NCBI RefSeq assembly: GCF_006345805.1
Contig: NC_043005.1
Span: 20,708,001-20,772,000 of the forward strand
Direction of reading: 5' to 3'
Length of the DNA: 64,000 nt
Origin: Octopus sinensis
Taxonomy: Eukaryota
The number at the start of each line of letters is the position of its first letter. The first letter of the stretch is position 1. Made by a program: the position numbers and the translations under genes. Below, one piece after another: positions 39,501 to 54,690 of the stretch. The notes under the pieces are model-generated. The model was not told the DNA's origin and ran no database searches. It was given only the letters and a program-made list of their open reading frames with translations.

Positions 39501-42500
39501 TCCACAGAATTGAGATCCTAAAACCAAGGTGCCACATAAGAAGCATTGATGTTGGTGATGGCTCGACATAAAAGCACCCAGTACACTCTGCAAAATGGTT
39601 TGCATTAAGAAAAGCAGCCAGCCTTAGAAAACAAATCAAAACAGACCATGGAACATAGTGTAGCCCCTGACCTTGCAAGTTCCTATCAAGTCATTGAACC
39701 CAAGCCAGCATGGAAAACATATGGCCAATGTTGATCATTGCCATGATATATATAGATATACATATATAGGTTAAAGTAGAAAGGAGAGGCAAATAATTTC
39801 CAAGACTTGATGAAAACATTTAATTTAATTTAGCAATAAAATGAAAGGTAAGATAGTCTCTAACAGCTGTCTCTGGGATATCCCTGCTCCTGGGACATAA
39901 TGCCAAGTGAAGATTCCATATGCTGTATATTCCATCATCGGAGAGAGATAGATAGGTAGAGATAGGTCAAGCATATGTAACAGTGGAATAAAAGTTTCTC
40001 ATCAGTGGCAGTTGCTGTGGTTCCTTATGTCCAGAGAGGGAGGAGAATTCCAAATAAATCCAGTTAGATCATGTGTAATTAGGTATTCCTTAAGTAAAAT
40101 AATGATCAGAGAGGATGGCTAGATTGTAGTCCATAGAGAGGAAAAATGGATGCTAGAAGTTCCAGGAGTACATCATACTGTACTGATTAGTAAATATCTA
40201 ATGCAAAACTCCTATCTATCTATCATTCTCCCACCAAAGTGTATCATAATAATTCTTCCTCTCAATATTTTTCCAAATTTGGAATGACTACGTTTCACTT
40301 GGCTTGACGAGATTTCTCAATCACAGCACAGTTTGAGATCAGCACTTCTTTATGTGGCTCTCTTCATCTAATGCCTCTTATGCCTCTTTTTCTCCCAAGA
40401 CACTTACACTGTATTTTATAAGCACACTGACATTGTATATCTGGTTCCTTCTTCAAATTTTTCTTTCTGTATGGTTCAAATCCTACTTCAGGATTTTTAA
40501 TATTTTTCACCATGTGTGGTTCAGTTCTGTGTTAGTCTTATCTGCCACAGCATGTAGTTTGACTCCTCGTCACCACTGATATGACCTGCATTATGATGAC
40601 GTATTTCATCATCTGCGTGACTGGCCCATATAGCATACCTCACTGACTGACACTACTTGCTGTGTCTGTCCACTATTTATTAGTAGTGGACCAGTCCACT
40701 TCTCACTTAGGGGTGTCCACCACAACAGTTAGAAACCAGCTCTTTCTCTATTGGCAAGAAATCTTTGAATAAAACTGAATAATGACATATATGCATATGC
40801 ATAATAACATACATGTATTATATCTGTGTGCAAATTTCTTCCATTTCTTTCATTCCATATCTTTTATTGAATGAGGTGATATCAAAAAGTTCCCAGACTA
40901 GTTCTATAGCACACCAACAGATGGCTGCATTCAGTTGTATGTGTAGTGAGAGCTAGAAGTAACCTTCATGATGTAGTGCACTGAGTAACATTTAAGTGTT
41001 TACTTTGCAAATTGTGAAATTTGTGTTTTTGTAATCATGTGTATGCTGTAGTCTGCAATATTTGTCATAGACAAGAAGCTGGAACAAAGAGCCAACATGT
41101 AATTTTGTGTTAAACTTTGAAAGTCTACTGCAGAGACTTTGAGCATGCTCTGCCAAGCTTATGTCAATGAGTCAATGAGTTGTACATAATAATTTGAGTG
41201 GCATGGACACTTCAAAAATGGAAGAATGTCCCTGGAAGATGATGGGCATTCTTGATGACCTGCCATCAGGGCATGCCCAGAAAGGAAAAAATTCATCAGC
41301 TCGTGCATGAAGATTTTTGAGGACAATCAGTGGCATTGCTTGTGTTGTTATTTAGTTGTATGTGTCTGTGCAGGCAATCCTCACATCTGAATTGAACATG
41401 CGACATGTCTCTTCCAAGTTTTTCCCCCATCTACTGACCACTAAGCAGAAAGAACATTGTGTTGAAGTCTGTTAAGATTTCTGTCAGGATGTTACTGATG
41501 ACCCATCCTTCATATTGAGGAACATCACTAGTGATGAGAGTTGAGTCTAAGTAGTATTCATCACAATGGAAGAGCCCTTCATCTCTGCAACTGAAGAAGG
41601 CACAACAGAGCTGCAGCTCAGTCTAGAGCATTCCCATCATTTATTTCAATATCCGTGGTATTGAGCATAGAGAATTCATCAACCAGGGCCAGACCATCAA
41701 TCAGGAGTCCTGCCATGATATTGTGAAGTGCTTGAAGGAGGACATTCAGCAAAAGCAACTGGATCCGTGGAGCTCGAAGAATTAGATTCTTTATGATGCA
41801 CTCTATCACTGAGCTATGCACATTCATAAGTTTCTTGCCAAAAGTGACTTTATGCCACTTCTACACCTGCCCTATTCACCAGATTTAACACCTGCAGACT
41901 TCCATCTCTTCCCCAAGATGAAAATGCAGCTTAAAAGTTGTTGTTTTAACACCGTAGTTGAGATACACAGGGAATCGTAAGAGTGACAGGAATGCTGGGA
42001 CCAGTGTATTGCTGCAAAGGTGACTATTTTGAAGGAGATGATGTTAAAACTTAGGTTAATAAGATATTTATTATTAAATTTATCTCCTCCTGAAACTTTT
42101 TGATACCACCTTGTAACTTTTCTATCTCCTAATTTTAACCTTCCTCCTAACATACATGCAGAACTCATATTAGTTTGTTATCAATTCCAGTTTTCTCAAA
42201 AATTGACTGTGGATCTCCAAAAGATGTTGTTGGTGCATTGAAATTGTATAATACCACCACCTATGAATCTGAAGTGGTCTATACTTGCTCAAATGGAGAA
42301 CAACTGAAGTCAGAATGTGAAAAGGACAGCAAATGGACACCTGTTCCATCTGTATGTGAAGGTAATGTAAATAGTTTCTCTTTTGTCACTCTTTATGTAG
42401 TTTAGTTTAATTTTGCACAATTTCCACTGTGTTTGTGACAGGTTGGAGGGAAAGAAGAGTCTAGTCTCAGACCACAAGTCATCCTCAAATGATTGCAACC

Positions 42501-45500
42501 GCACAGACATCATTAATTGCACCCAAGGGCCAGGTATTAAGTTGGGTAATGGATTAAAGTCTGCCAACCAAACAGTGGAAATATGGAAGCTTGTTCCCTA
42601 GAGTAGGCTTCCATATAGTTTTCATCTATCAAATTTTCATGGGAAGCATATTTACAAGCACAGGATTTCTTCCCTCTTCCACAATTTCCCTACTCTCATC
42701 AATCCTCCCTCATGTATCCAACTACCTACCTGCACGCCATATGCTCCCATTAAATGCCTTTGTATACCAGCCACATCTAGCTCCCACTGTCTTTCCAAAA
42801 TCTTGTGACTCACCCACATTTTCATCATTTTTTTCTTGTTTTTCTCTCCTTCATCAGAGGAAGACAATCTCTCTTCCATTGCAAGACATCTTTTTCTCCT
42901 TCAATACTATTCAACTCCAATTTAGGAGTCTAATCCTACAAGTTACTTGGTGGCCTCACTCTGCTGATGCCATGTAAAAATCACCTACTACACTCTGTAA
43001 AGTAGTTGATATCAGGAAGATCATCCAGCCATGGACACCATGCTAAAACAGACAGCAGAACTTCGTGTAGTCTTCTGATTTGTCTGTTTCTATTAGACTG
43101 TCCTACACATACCAGCATGGAAACTGGATACTAAATGATGATGATAATGACTATGATTCCACTCAGTACCACAGGCTTGTGAAGGAAACTCCTTTATCTC
43201 ACAGTTATACCTAAGTATATGTATGCAGATCTTTACTTAATTTCTAACTAGACCTTTTCCACTTGTACCATGTGTCATCATCCAAAACCCTGTATGATAT
43301 AATGCCTTGAGTCCTACAAAAATTCAGCAGTCCTTTGAAATAGCACTAATGATTATTCTAATCCACCACCCTCAGTTATAATAAATACAACTAATAATCA
43401 CATTTGCTATAAGCCCAAGGACTGAAATTTATGTGGGGAGGACTAGTCAATTACACCGACATCCATACTGAACTAGAACTTATTTTATCAATTCCAAAAA
43501 GGTTGAAAGACAAATTGAAGCTCTTAAACTGAGAATATAAAGCTAGAAGCAATGTTGTTAAGCATTTTGTCTGGAGTGGTAACAGTTAAACTAGCTTGCC
43601 ATCTTATATACAACTAACAATTATAACTCTTTCTTATTTATTAACAAGAACAGGAATTTTTGATGGCAGGAGTTTAGTCTTTACCACTGGTTTCAGTACT
43701 TGAATAGTACTGAATAACACCAATCCTTGAATGGATAAAAGGCAAAGTTGACATTTGCTGGATTTCAACCCAGAGCATAAATGTCCTGAATACATAGTGA
43801 AAAGGATTTCTTCCAATGTTCTAATGATTCTTATTATAAGCATAATAATAATGATTTCTATTAATTGCCACCAGTGTGATAGTTAAGGTTGATGATACAT
43901 ACACAGACATATTGTTATGGTGTGTTATATAGAATGAAATGAGTAAAAACGAAATATATGAGAGTACATGGCATTCTTTTATAAAGAATGATGTTGAGGA
44001 TGATTAAAGGCACAATCAAGATACCCCATGACCAAGAATCACTGAACACTGAGTGGTTATGACCTCACTAATTGTCATTCTCTGACTTACAGGCTTCTGC
44101 ATATTTGTCCCATTAACACTTGTAAACTTTGCCACTTTCACCACCTTTTCAATGGTCTCATTCTAGGAAAGTATCACCCTCATCACCCTCCCTTTCTTTT
44201 ACAGGTAAAATGTGACAGGACAATGAGTTATCAGTGAAACCTAATAGCCTCAGTCCTTGAATGTTTTGACTTTATCCACCATAAACATATTTTCTTATGG
44301 CTTCAATAATATAATATCTGTGGTTCTAGTTCCATGATAGAATACCAATAATATACTTTGTAAAATGGTCAGTGAGGAAGCAGAGAGATCATAGTTTTGA
44401 GACGAACCTTTATTCTTGTCTTGTCAACAATATGACAATAACCTGTGTAGTGCTGGTGCCATGAAGACATACACCTTGTACATTCTATAAAGCAGTTGGT
44501 GTTAGGCAGAGCATCCAACCAAGAAGCCATGTTGGACAAGTAGGTGGTGATTAGTTGATAGCTCAGCCCCACTCTTCACAGAATGAAAGAAATCCAAATG
44601 ACAGCAAGATCTATCTGTGACCCATGTCCCACTATGTATCTTTTATTCCATGTTTATCTCTCCATTCTCTCCCACCTCATACATATGCAGCATTGGTAAA
44701 CATTACAGTTTTCAATTACAGATTTTGCAGAAATAAATTGTGGAACTCCAAAAGATATTGCTAATGCATCGAAGTATTATAAAACCACCACCTATAAATC
44801 TGAAGTGACCTATACTTGCCCAAAGGGAGAAAGACTAAAGTCAACATGTGGAAAGGGCAACAAATGGACTCCAGTAGCTACTGCTTGTAAAGGTAATGTA
44901 AATATCTTCTCTCCTGTTGTCTTGATCTGTCTATTGATATTTGATTTTTGCATTAAATTTTTTTTATTAGAAAAAGACTGGTTAACTCCATGACAATTTC
45001 CATGGTGTTCTTGGTTGGTGAGAGGAAGAGAAGGAACTGACCTCAGACCAGAGACCTCTCCATATACTTGCAACAGAGTGAAATCCTCCTCTTCCTCATC
45101 GTCATCATCATCATCATCATCATCATTTAACGCTCATTTTCCAAGCTGACATGGGTTGAACTGTTTGACAGGTTTCAATGATCCACAGGATTGCATGAGG
45201 CCCAAATGTCACCTTTGGCATGGTTTCTGTCACCTTTGGCATGGTTTCTGTCACCTTTGGCACTTTCTAGCACCAACCACTTTACAGTGTGTACTGGGTG
45301 GTGCTTTTTTTCATGAAACTGGCATTAGTGAGGTCAGCAAACAACTTGAAAGACAAAGTAAAGAGAAGAATAGGGTGAAAAGCTTCTCCACCTTGTGGAT
45401 CTGTACTTGAGGGAGGGAGAATAGCATTATGCTAGGTGGTCTAGGCAAAAGTATGACAAAGAGACAAGCACAGGTATCTTACTATAAAGGAAATACATGG

Positions 45501-48500
45501 CCACCCCAGTTTTGCAAGGGTGGGTGAGAGTAGTTGGAAGGGAGAAAATGATGGTGGTGACAGATATCCTGATCATACTTTCTAGGTACAAGAAAGTGAG
45601 TATCAGGAAGAATATAGTGAAGTGGAGAGAAAAGTGTGGATAAATTAATAAAAAGTATGGTGGGAGAGTTAAAAAAACAGTTAGAGATTGGGCTATAGGT
45701 GGATGGAGTGAGTGATGAGAAAGAATGAAGCTGTGGTTGATAGAGAGGGAGGTAAGATATAGATGTGACTCAGGAAGCAGGAAGTGACAAATAGCAGCAC
45801 AGAAGTGAAGGACAACAGTATCATATATTTCTGGACAGATCAGTAGGAAGATAATGTGCAGGGATTAGACTAGTGGAAGGTAGAAGGGTGAAAGAATGTG
45901 ACAAAGATGAGGGTGGCTATAGCAAATGGGATACCAAAGTTAGAGAGAGCATTGATAGTGAACACAAAAAGATAATTAGAATGACAGATAGGAAAGGTGT
46001 TAACCATGATGTATGGGAGACCTTAGATTTAGCTTAGAGTGGAAGGAGAGGATTAATGAAAGCACAGAAAAGAGGTAATTGGTGGAAAGTAGTATGACAG
46101 GGATGATTATGAGAGAGAGATAACTGGTTGTGACAAAGTGAGGATGAAAAATGTGCTGATTCTGTATCTGAAATGATTTCAGCTGCTGAACAGTGTCATG
46201 TAAAACTGAACATAAAGATGAGAATAATGTGACAATCCTCTTGAATGTAAAAGAATCTCTTTGCACAGGCCAGTGGAAGACACCTATCATCAAATGTTCA
46301 GTCTGAGCTTCAAGGGCAAGTTTCCTCTCCTAGTATTTTCCTCTGTGCTACATGTTTATACACAGTAGTCTCCATCCACTCTAACCATTTTTACCACTTT
46401 CACCTTACATTCAATACTTTCTCTCCTCTCTTATCTTCTCTAAAAGTGCAAATTTGAGTGAGAGATTGATGAAGAAGGTCAGTCTCTGTTATCTGATCTT
46501 TCAGCCCCTTTCAGCTCCTTTCAGCTCACATTATCTTCAATTATAGCTTCAAATCAAGTAAACCTGCCTTCCCTACCCAGTTAATGAAGGGTTTGGGACA
46601 ACCACCTTAAATGCAACAGCAGTTGTTTCACATAATTCTACAAGTCAGGTCAACAATGCCTGATTAATGACTGGGTGCATGCAAAATGTTTTTGTTTTGC
46701 TGCAAGTATCTCAGACAGGATTATCAACTGGCAGTTCCTTGACTGTAGATTTTTTATCTTGGACTAGTAAAACTCTTTGGTAGTTTTGCAAAGCCAAGGA
46801 TTTTAGGAAGTTTTCCATGGTATTCAGTGACCAAAAGATTTAGTTAGTTTTCATTGATCATCATCATCATCATCATTTAGTGTCTGCTTTCCAAGCTGGC
46901 ATGGGTTAGATGGTCTAGCGCCTGGTCTGGCAAGGCCTCTAGAGCTGGATGCCCTTCCTAATGCAAACCACTGTGATAGTGTAGTGTGTGCTTTTTGCAT
47001 GCCAACAGCACAGGAGCCAGTCAGGTGGTATCGATGCTCAGTGCAAACCTTTAGATTACCAGTGCTCTATCTATCCACTAACTCTCAATTGATTGCTAGA
47101 ATGGAATATCTACCAATTCCATTACCCATGCCAGAATTCATCCAGTGCACTTTATCCTTTGTAATCCATAGGATTACATTGGATAATATTGTCATCCCCT
47201 TTACTTAAATAGTGGTGTGTGACTGAGGGAAATTTTGTTACTATTTCTAGCATAAGTGCTTTCACAGTCATGATAAATATTATCACAGTCATGATAAATA
47301 TTGAAGTTTAATATTGTGAGCTACCAAATCTGACATAGCTGATCCTCTGATATAATCTGTTGCCTGGTTCAACACCACAACCTTCAGATGGTCATGGCAA
47401 ATATGGTGAACAATATTTGGTCCAATGTTTATATATTTATTACAATATCAAACACTCATATTGAGCCACATATTTTCTCAGGCTTCGTATTTAGCATTGA
47501 GATTTTTTATCAAAGGTAATGTTTATTCACAGTTTAAGAAATTAATCATGCATCAATTTGTAGCTTGAAGATTTCAGTGATGTGATTATTTTGTTCTAGA
47601 ATGACATTGTAGGTTAGGTATGAAAGGCTGGATATGGCTGATTTCATCATAAAGCAGGTAGAAATTTTTGGCTGGATGTGGCTGGTTTAAATGCTAAAGG
47701 TTTAATGACATGTGTAGGACAGAGGGTTGCCTCAAAATTTCATGTCATGATTGTTTCTGCTATGACTAGTTTATTAAGAAACAAAAATAACCTCAGTGAA
47801 TCAATTATGTATTCATTGTTGAGGGACATGACCAAACAGGATTTAAAAAATGAATGGGACTGTGTAATGTCTTTGTCAAGAACACTAACTGTCCATGTAA
47901 AGTGAACTGATGAGGCTGAGAATCAAACCTAGATCCTTAACCACACCACTCAGTTCACATTTATACTAAAAGAACAACTAGGGGAAATACTTTCTGCATG
48001 GAAAACAAATATTAAACTGGCTAATTATTGAACAAAGATATTATGATGAATTAGGATTTCACTCTCAGTTCATGGTAAAATCATTATATTGACTTATTCT
48101 GGTGAAGAAATTCAGAAGAAACAACCTCTTAAAGATAATCATTATTTTTCTTATCACACTAAAAAAGTTACATTAAGTTGTGAGTTTACACTTTTACTAC
48201 ATACACTAATTACGATGAAAGTGCAATCATTTTTGTTGTCCAGGCCAAAAACAGTCAATTCATGTATTTTTCTGTGACATACCACATTTAGTTACATTAT
48301 TGTATATTCTGGGTTTAATTTACAGAGGATGTATTATGCTTTTTACACTTTTGATGTTGATAAATCAAGCACTAGTGAAGTAATAGGGTTACTTTATATT
48401 CATGTATCCTCACAGCAAAATGTGTGGCAATATGCTTATATGAAGAACTACTTCTATCAACAGTGTTACTGTGAAAAATAATCATAATTACTGTTGTTGG

Positions 48501-51500
48501 TTATGGTGATGTATTCACAGAATTATCCTAGCATCAGACAAAATGTGTAGTGGTATTTTTCTAATTCTTTAACTTCTGCCTACAAATCCTGCAAGTGATA
48601 ATTTTGCTCTTCCAGGGCCAATAAAATGTAGGGACCAGTTTAATTTTATTAGTCCCTTCAGGGCAAAATATATTAATTAATACATACCTCAAACTTTTGG
48701 CCTTCTTTCTATGTCAGAAATGTATAGTATTGTTGTTATTTTTCATTCTTCTCAATTATATTTTGACTCTAGATTCTCAGATCCATTTTGTGAAAGTAAA
48801 AGATGCAGCTCTGGATGTAACACAAAAAACATTATGGAGTAAGAAAAAAGTGACAACAGATGCATGTGCTGAAAAATGTTTTTCTGACAAAACTTGTGTA
48901 TCATTTGAAATAGAAAAAACAAGTGGACTCTGTTACTTATCAAAACAAACTGCAACATCCTCCAAAATAAAAACAGACCAAAGCAGAGATTACTACCAAC
49001 GAGTAAAATGTAATTATTCTTTGTATTTTATTATTGGAATTCTCTTTTCTATTTTTTTTTTCTGATATTTCTGATTCCATTCCTGCTTCATAGTATATAT
49101 ACACAACCATCTCTTTAAAGATATTGAGAAAGTTACTAATATGGACAGACATAAAGACATAGCTGCAAGAAAAAAAGAAAAAACGGAAGAAAGCAGTACA
49201 AAGAAGTGTAAATACTGCTAGGGTATTCCAATATGAACACTTTTAATACTATTTTCATTTTCTTTTATCTTCTTTGAAGTGTTTTTACCTGTTTCAATCA
49301 TTAAACAGTGGACATACTGGGGCAATGTCTTGCAGGGCTCATTTGAAGGAAACTCCAGTACTATTTTTTAAAACCTGGTACTTATTCTATCAGTCTGTAG
49401 GGATGTAAAGAAGCTAATTCCGGCTGTCCAGCAGTGAGGGTGGGGTTCAAACTCATACGCAGACACACATATGCATATATAGATGAATAAATAAATAGAT
49501 ACTGTAGAACATCCCACACAAGCTGCACTAATTTTTGCCTAGTCTTCAAAGGAACATGCAGTCTAGCATTGTCCTTATGTAAGATGTCACATTTTTGGTT
49601 GCCTTCTTTAATTGGTTTTTGTTGGGAACAATAATAGTCTGAATTTAATGTCTGATTTTGTGGAAGTAGCTCAGAATGCAAATGCCTTCCAATCCCACCA
49701 GATACAGAGCATCACCTTCCTTGAATACAGACCAGCTTTTGGAGAGATTTAAGGCAGTTCATCTCATTTTCCCCAAGATCTTTCTTGTTTTATGCTGTAA
49801 ATTATCCATTTCTCATAACACATGATCATTCTTTTAAAATGTGGATCCTTCGTGTTTCATCTGAGCAGCGAATCACAGATGGAAATGAACTCTATAAAGT
49901 TTTTTTTCTGTTAAGTTATGAGGCCTGTAACCATCATAACATTCCACATAATCAAGTGTTTTAAATGCTTTATAGCGCTCATGTGAGATATGTGGAGAAT
50001 CTCTGTGATGTCTCAAATCATATGACATGGATTATTATTTATTAAAACCTAATTTTGTTCATTATCAATGACTGTAAGCCTGCTGGAACATTCACCATTT
50101 TCCTGGTCAAAATTTTCAGTTCTAAACCTATTGAATCACTCATAAACAGTACTTTTATCTATGACATCATTTCCATACACAACACATATCTTCTGTGTTG
50201 TTTATGTAGTGTTTTAGCCTTTCCAGAAATAAAAGAGCATTAAATGATGAAAATGGATTTCATTTTCCTTCATTTTCAATTTTATCATAAAAACAGTGGA
50301 AGTAAATAATCCACACAACATTCAAAAAGAAACATGAGTTAAGATCTCCACTTTCTGAATATATACATATCTTATATGTTCTTGTCACATGATAAAATAG
50401 ATCACATAATTAAGCATCACCAATTGAAAAATGCTATGCACATTTTTACCAACCCAATATATATAAACATACATACATATACATAAACACATGCACACAC
50501 ACACATATTCTCCAAATCATGGGGACTCCTTTGAAGAGAGCCTATAAAGATGGAAGAAGTGTTATCCAGCATTGATGGCAGCTTTCACACTCGTCTTTAA
50601 CGAGACTTCGACCTTCCTAACATTGAATAGCCTGGAGGCTGTCTCGTAGGTATGTCACTGCATGAACAGAAGCAAACAGCATTTCTGTTTGATCTCACAA
50701 ACATGCTTTTTATGGAGCTAATAGTGTTCCACACCACCAAGGGGAAAAAGTATACTGGACCTCTGCTTCACAAATAATGTGGTGCTCATCCATAATGTTA
50801 AGGGAACACTGACAGTTCTCTTATAACTTAATAGAACTAATAACGTATGGTCCACAGCACTCATCTAGAAACATTCTTAGGAGTATCTCACACTTTAGTA
50901 CTAATGGGAGACTGGAATAGTATTTTGGATGCAGAGAGGGACTGTTTTGCTTTAGTTCAAAGCAGAAATGGGTGTAAAAGCCTCGGAAACCTTCTCAAAA
51001 ATTTCCAGCTAGGACTGACTGGATTTCTCTGATGTGCATGTGGGGACATGGAGCAACTGCAACATGTGATCCAGATAATATTTAGATAGAGTATTTGTTA
51101 GGCTAGAAGATAAAGAATAATGTAGGTTGTCCACAATTTAGATTGATCAGCTGCACAGATCACAGGTTTGTGATATGCACATTCAGTTTAGATAGGACGC
51201 ATAGATAAGGGCCCATTTAATGGAAGTTCAATGCATATGTAGTGGAAGAAATTTGTAACGATAAAGTTTTTGGTTCTTAAGAAGGCTGCAATTCTCTTGT
51301 TTGGGGTCACCAGTTGTAACAGGAGAAATTAATTAGTAAAGAATATTATAATGGGAGTCGGGGTCACCAATTTGTAATGGTAGAAATTGTATTTGTAATG
51401 ATTAAAATTAATTGATAAACAATATTACGGAATGTCAGTCAGCAATTGTAATGATAGAAATGTGTTATTACAATTGCATGTTGTAGGATGTGAAAGATGA

Positions 51501-54500
51501 ACAATGCATGAAGTTTTAAGGAAATATTTATTTACCGTTATAAGTTACAATACCTATCCTCAACAGGCAGGTTATGATAAATCCAAAAGCATGCGAAGTA
51601 AAGTTTGTGTTCTCTTCATTGTTTAGTAGTAAATACATAGAGAGATAGAATGATATTGTTAGAGAACAGAATTAGAGCTAGAGAGAATTGTAGGGTGTTG
51701 TCTGACAGTTGCTGACAGTAAACTTCATTTCTCCCTCTTACCAAGATTGTAGCTGGTCAGCCAGACTTTGTTGTCATTGAGTTGTCACTATGTGACTGAA
51801 TCCGTTGAGTCTTCACCGACTGTGACTAACTGATTTTTGCTTGGTGTATTCTTGCTTATATAACTATCCAGAAGGATAGAAATATCATTGAGAACAATAG
51901 ATTTAGTTGGTGGTCTTGTTATCTCTATTCTAGCTTTTGGTGAAGTAGAAGAGGTTAGAAAGGGACAGGTGGTGAAGACATTATTTCGGGCTAGCCAAAA
52001 GTATCTGGAAAGTGTAAAACTTCTGTCAGAGAAAAACCATTGTTCCATCGTGAGAAAAGAGCTGTTGCAGTGTTAATTTAAATTTGACTGTGGTGGATCG
52101 AATCCACTTCATGCATGTAAGATCCACTACACATAATTACCAACATGCAAAGACTACAGGGACTGGATTAGCAAACAAGTTAAGTGGCAGTTAATGGGGG
52201 CTGTCATCAACAATCAGTGGTGGATTTCCCTGAAGAAGGTAGTTAGAGTAGAATTAATAATATTTAGCATTGGCAAGAAATAGATTAGAGGGAGCACTAG
52301 TTGTCAAACTAGCAGTGGCAATTACTAAAGGCATCATGACTGATAAGTTAGCAGTGAGAATGTGGCGAAACATAAAGGATACATTTTCAGACCCAGTGCT
52401 CATGCACTAAATTGTGAAGGAACTAAAGCTGTCCAGTGGGCCTGAACAGTAGAGATGGGATGTGGCAATAAATCATGATCAGGTCTTTGATGGATCAAAA
52501 CAGGCTTGTGCTAATTGGTTTCAAGCAGATGTGTGCAGCTTTCCTGCTGAACTTTGCATGGCTGTTTGGAGAGAGTGATGGGTTGATAATGGTAGCAGGC
52601 TTTAGTTCATATCTGGATGGCCTACCTTGCCTTTTTTTACTGAATGCCAGATTCTGCAGAAAGCCAATAATGGCTGAAATATGGCAGGCGATGATTCATT
52701 ACACAAGTCGCATATCACTCGGTTCAGATGATCTGCCTCGTGAATTCTATGTATTCAGGCCATATTTGTTCAGTAGTTTCTTTGCAGACATCTACTGTAA
52801 CTGGCAGCTGAATGGGAGAATTCCTAGAGATGTTAGCTGGGGTGTGGTAGCATTTGTGAGAAAGGATGCTGACAGTAAGGATCTGCCAGAGAATTTTTGA
52901 CCTACAACTCTGCTAAACCCAGTTTAAGTTTTTAGCCAAGGTTTTAGTGAAAAGGTTGGTGCTTGTCATTGGTAGTCTGGTCAGGGAGCAAAAAACATGC
53001 ACAAAACCAAACAAGTCAATCCACGACAACCTCCACCTTCTGTGATACATCATAGATATGAGCTGGCAGAACAGTTAGCACACTGTATGAAATGCTTAAG
53101 AGAATATCATATGTCCTTATGCCTATTCTTCCTTTTGGTGTCGATAAAATAATTGCCAGTGGTGCACTGGGGTCAATGTAATCAAATATCCCCTCCCTCA
53201 AAGTTTAGGTCATGTGCCTGTAGGGGAAAAAGATTATAATTATTATTTATCATCATAACTCATTATAATCATCATCATCATCATTATTTTTTCATAGATA
53301 TTTTTAAAATATTTGATAATTAGAAGTACATATAAGTGAAGTTTTGAATAAAATTTGAGAAAACTATCTTGTGATTTGTTGTGTACAGGGACAAGCAAAT
53401 CCATCCAGAAAATAGTTTTTCCAGCATAAGACTCCCTTCTCAGAAGTAATGTGAATTCTAGTACATCATGAGACATGCTTCAGACTTTGCCTCGGAGCTT
53501 TGGTTGTAAAATATCGATTTGTACATCCCTCTCCCTATGGTGTGTTTTCCTTTAATACTGAATGGTCATAACAACACTTGATACATTGGTGGATTACCTG
53601 TTCAGGAGGGTGTTGACCCTACAAAATTTCCTCATTGGAAGAGAGATGTTCAAATGCATTGTCTTGAGCCTAATTATTGAGACAAGGTTTCAAATATGTC
53701 TGAGAATATTCTACTAGTTGTATGCATTCTGATTAGTGTGTCATTTTGTGAATCAATTATTTCTTGATAATAAATTGTCCATTTACAAAATTATACCCTG
53801 CTTGCTTTAAAATATTTATTATGAGTGTGTGTTTGTGAGGGTGTACAAGTATATACTGTATTTCTTGGTTTCTATTTCTTTCCCCAGCTGACACCCCTTT
53901 GAAGCTTAAGAAAGTTAGCATACCACAGAAGGCTACTTTACAACAGCTTAAACAGAAGACCTTAACTGAATGTAATGAAGCTTGTCAACAATATGAAGGA
54001 TGTAATTCTTATGAGTACAATGACAAGGATAATCTGTGTGGTCTGAGCGATGTGACACAATTGACTAGTGAACTTAAACCCGACGATGGAAATTGGGATG
54101 TTTATCTCATGAGCCCAGGTCAGTAGAGTATTTCTATTTTATTTATATGTTCTAAATCCTGTATGTATTTACATGTATGCATCTGTGGGAATATAGTATA
54201 TACTGTGTACAGTATATACAGAATAGAGTATATACAGTGCTTGTTTGTGGTTCAGCATTTGCAGTCCCGGTTATTCGTGGGACCGATAATTGTTCACAGT
54301 AATCACCACATATTTGTGGAATTGTAAATATTGTCTGTGATGTTTTATTGCATTTTCCATGGTAATATATACTTTCTCACACTTGTTATGGCTAAATCAT
54401 TAATAATATTTTATCGTATTTGCCAATTTTCTGGACACCCCTTCACAGCTGAAGATCCCTCTGATTAGAATTACTGCACATCAAGTCACTTGATGTTTTT

Positions 54501-54658
54501 TTAGATACAAGTACGCTGTATCTTGTATGTCTTATTCTTGCTTTCAATAAAAGCTTGCTAATTCGTATAGCGACATCTATTTATATTTCATGCATACAGT
54601 CTCTCTCTCTCTCTCACTGTATTTGTCTCTCAACAACAACCTATCAATGTAGTGAAAG

Positions 54659-54690
<32 letters not shown>

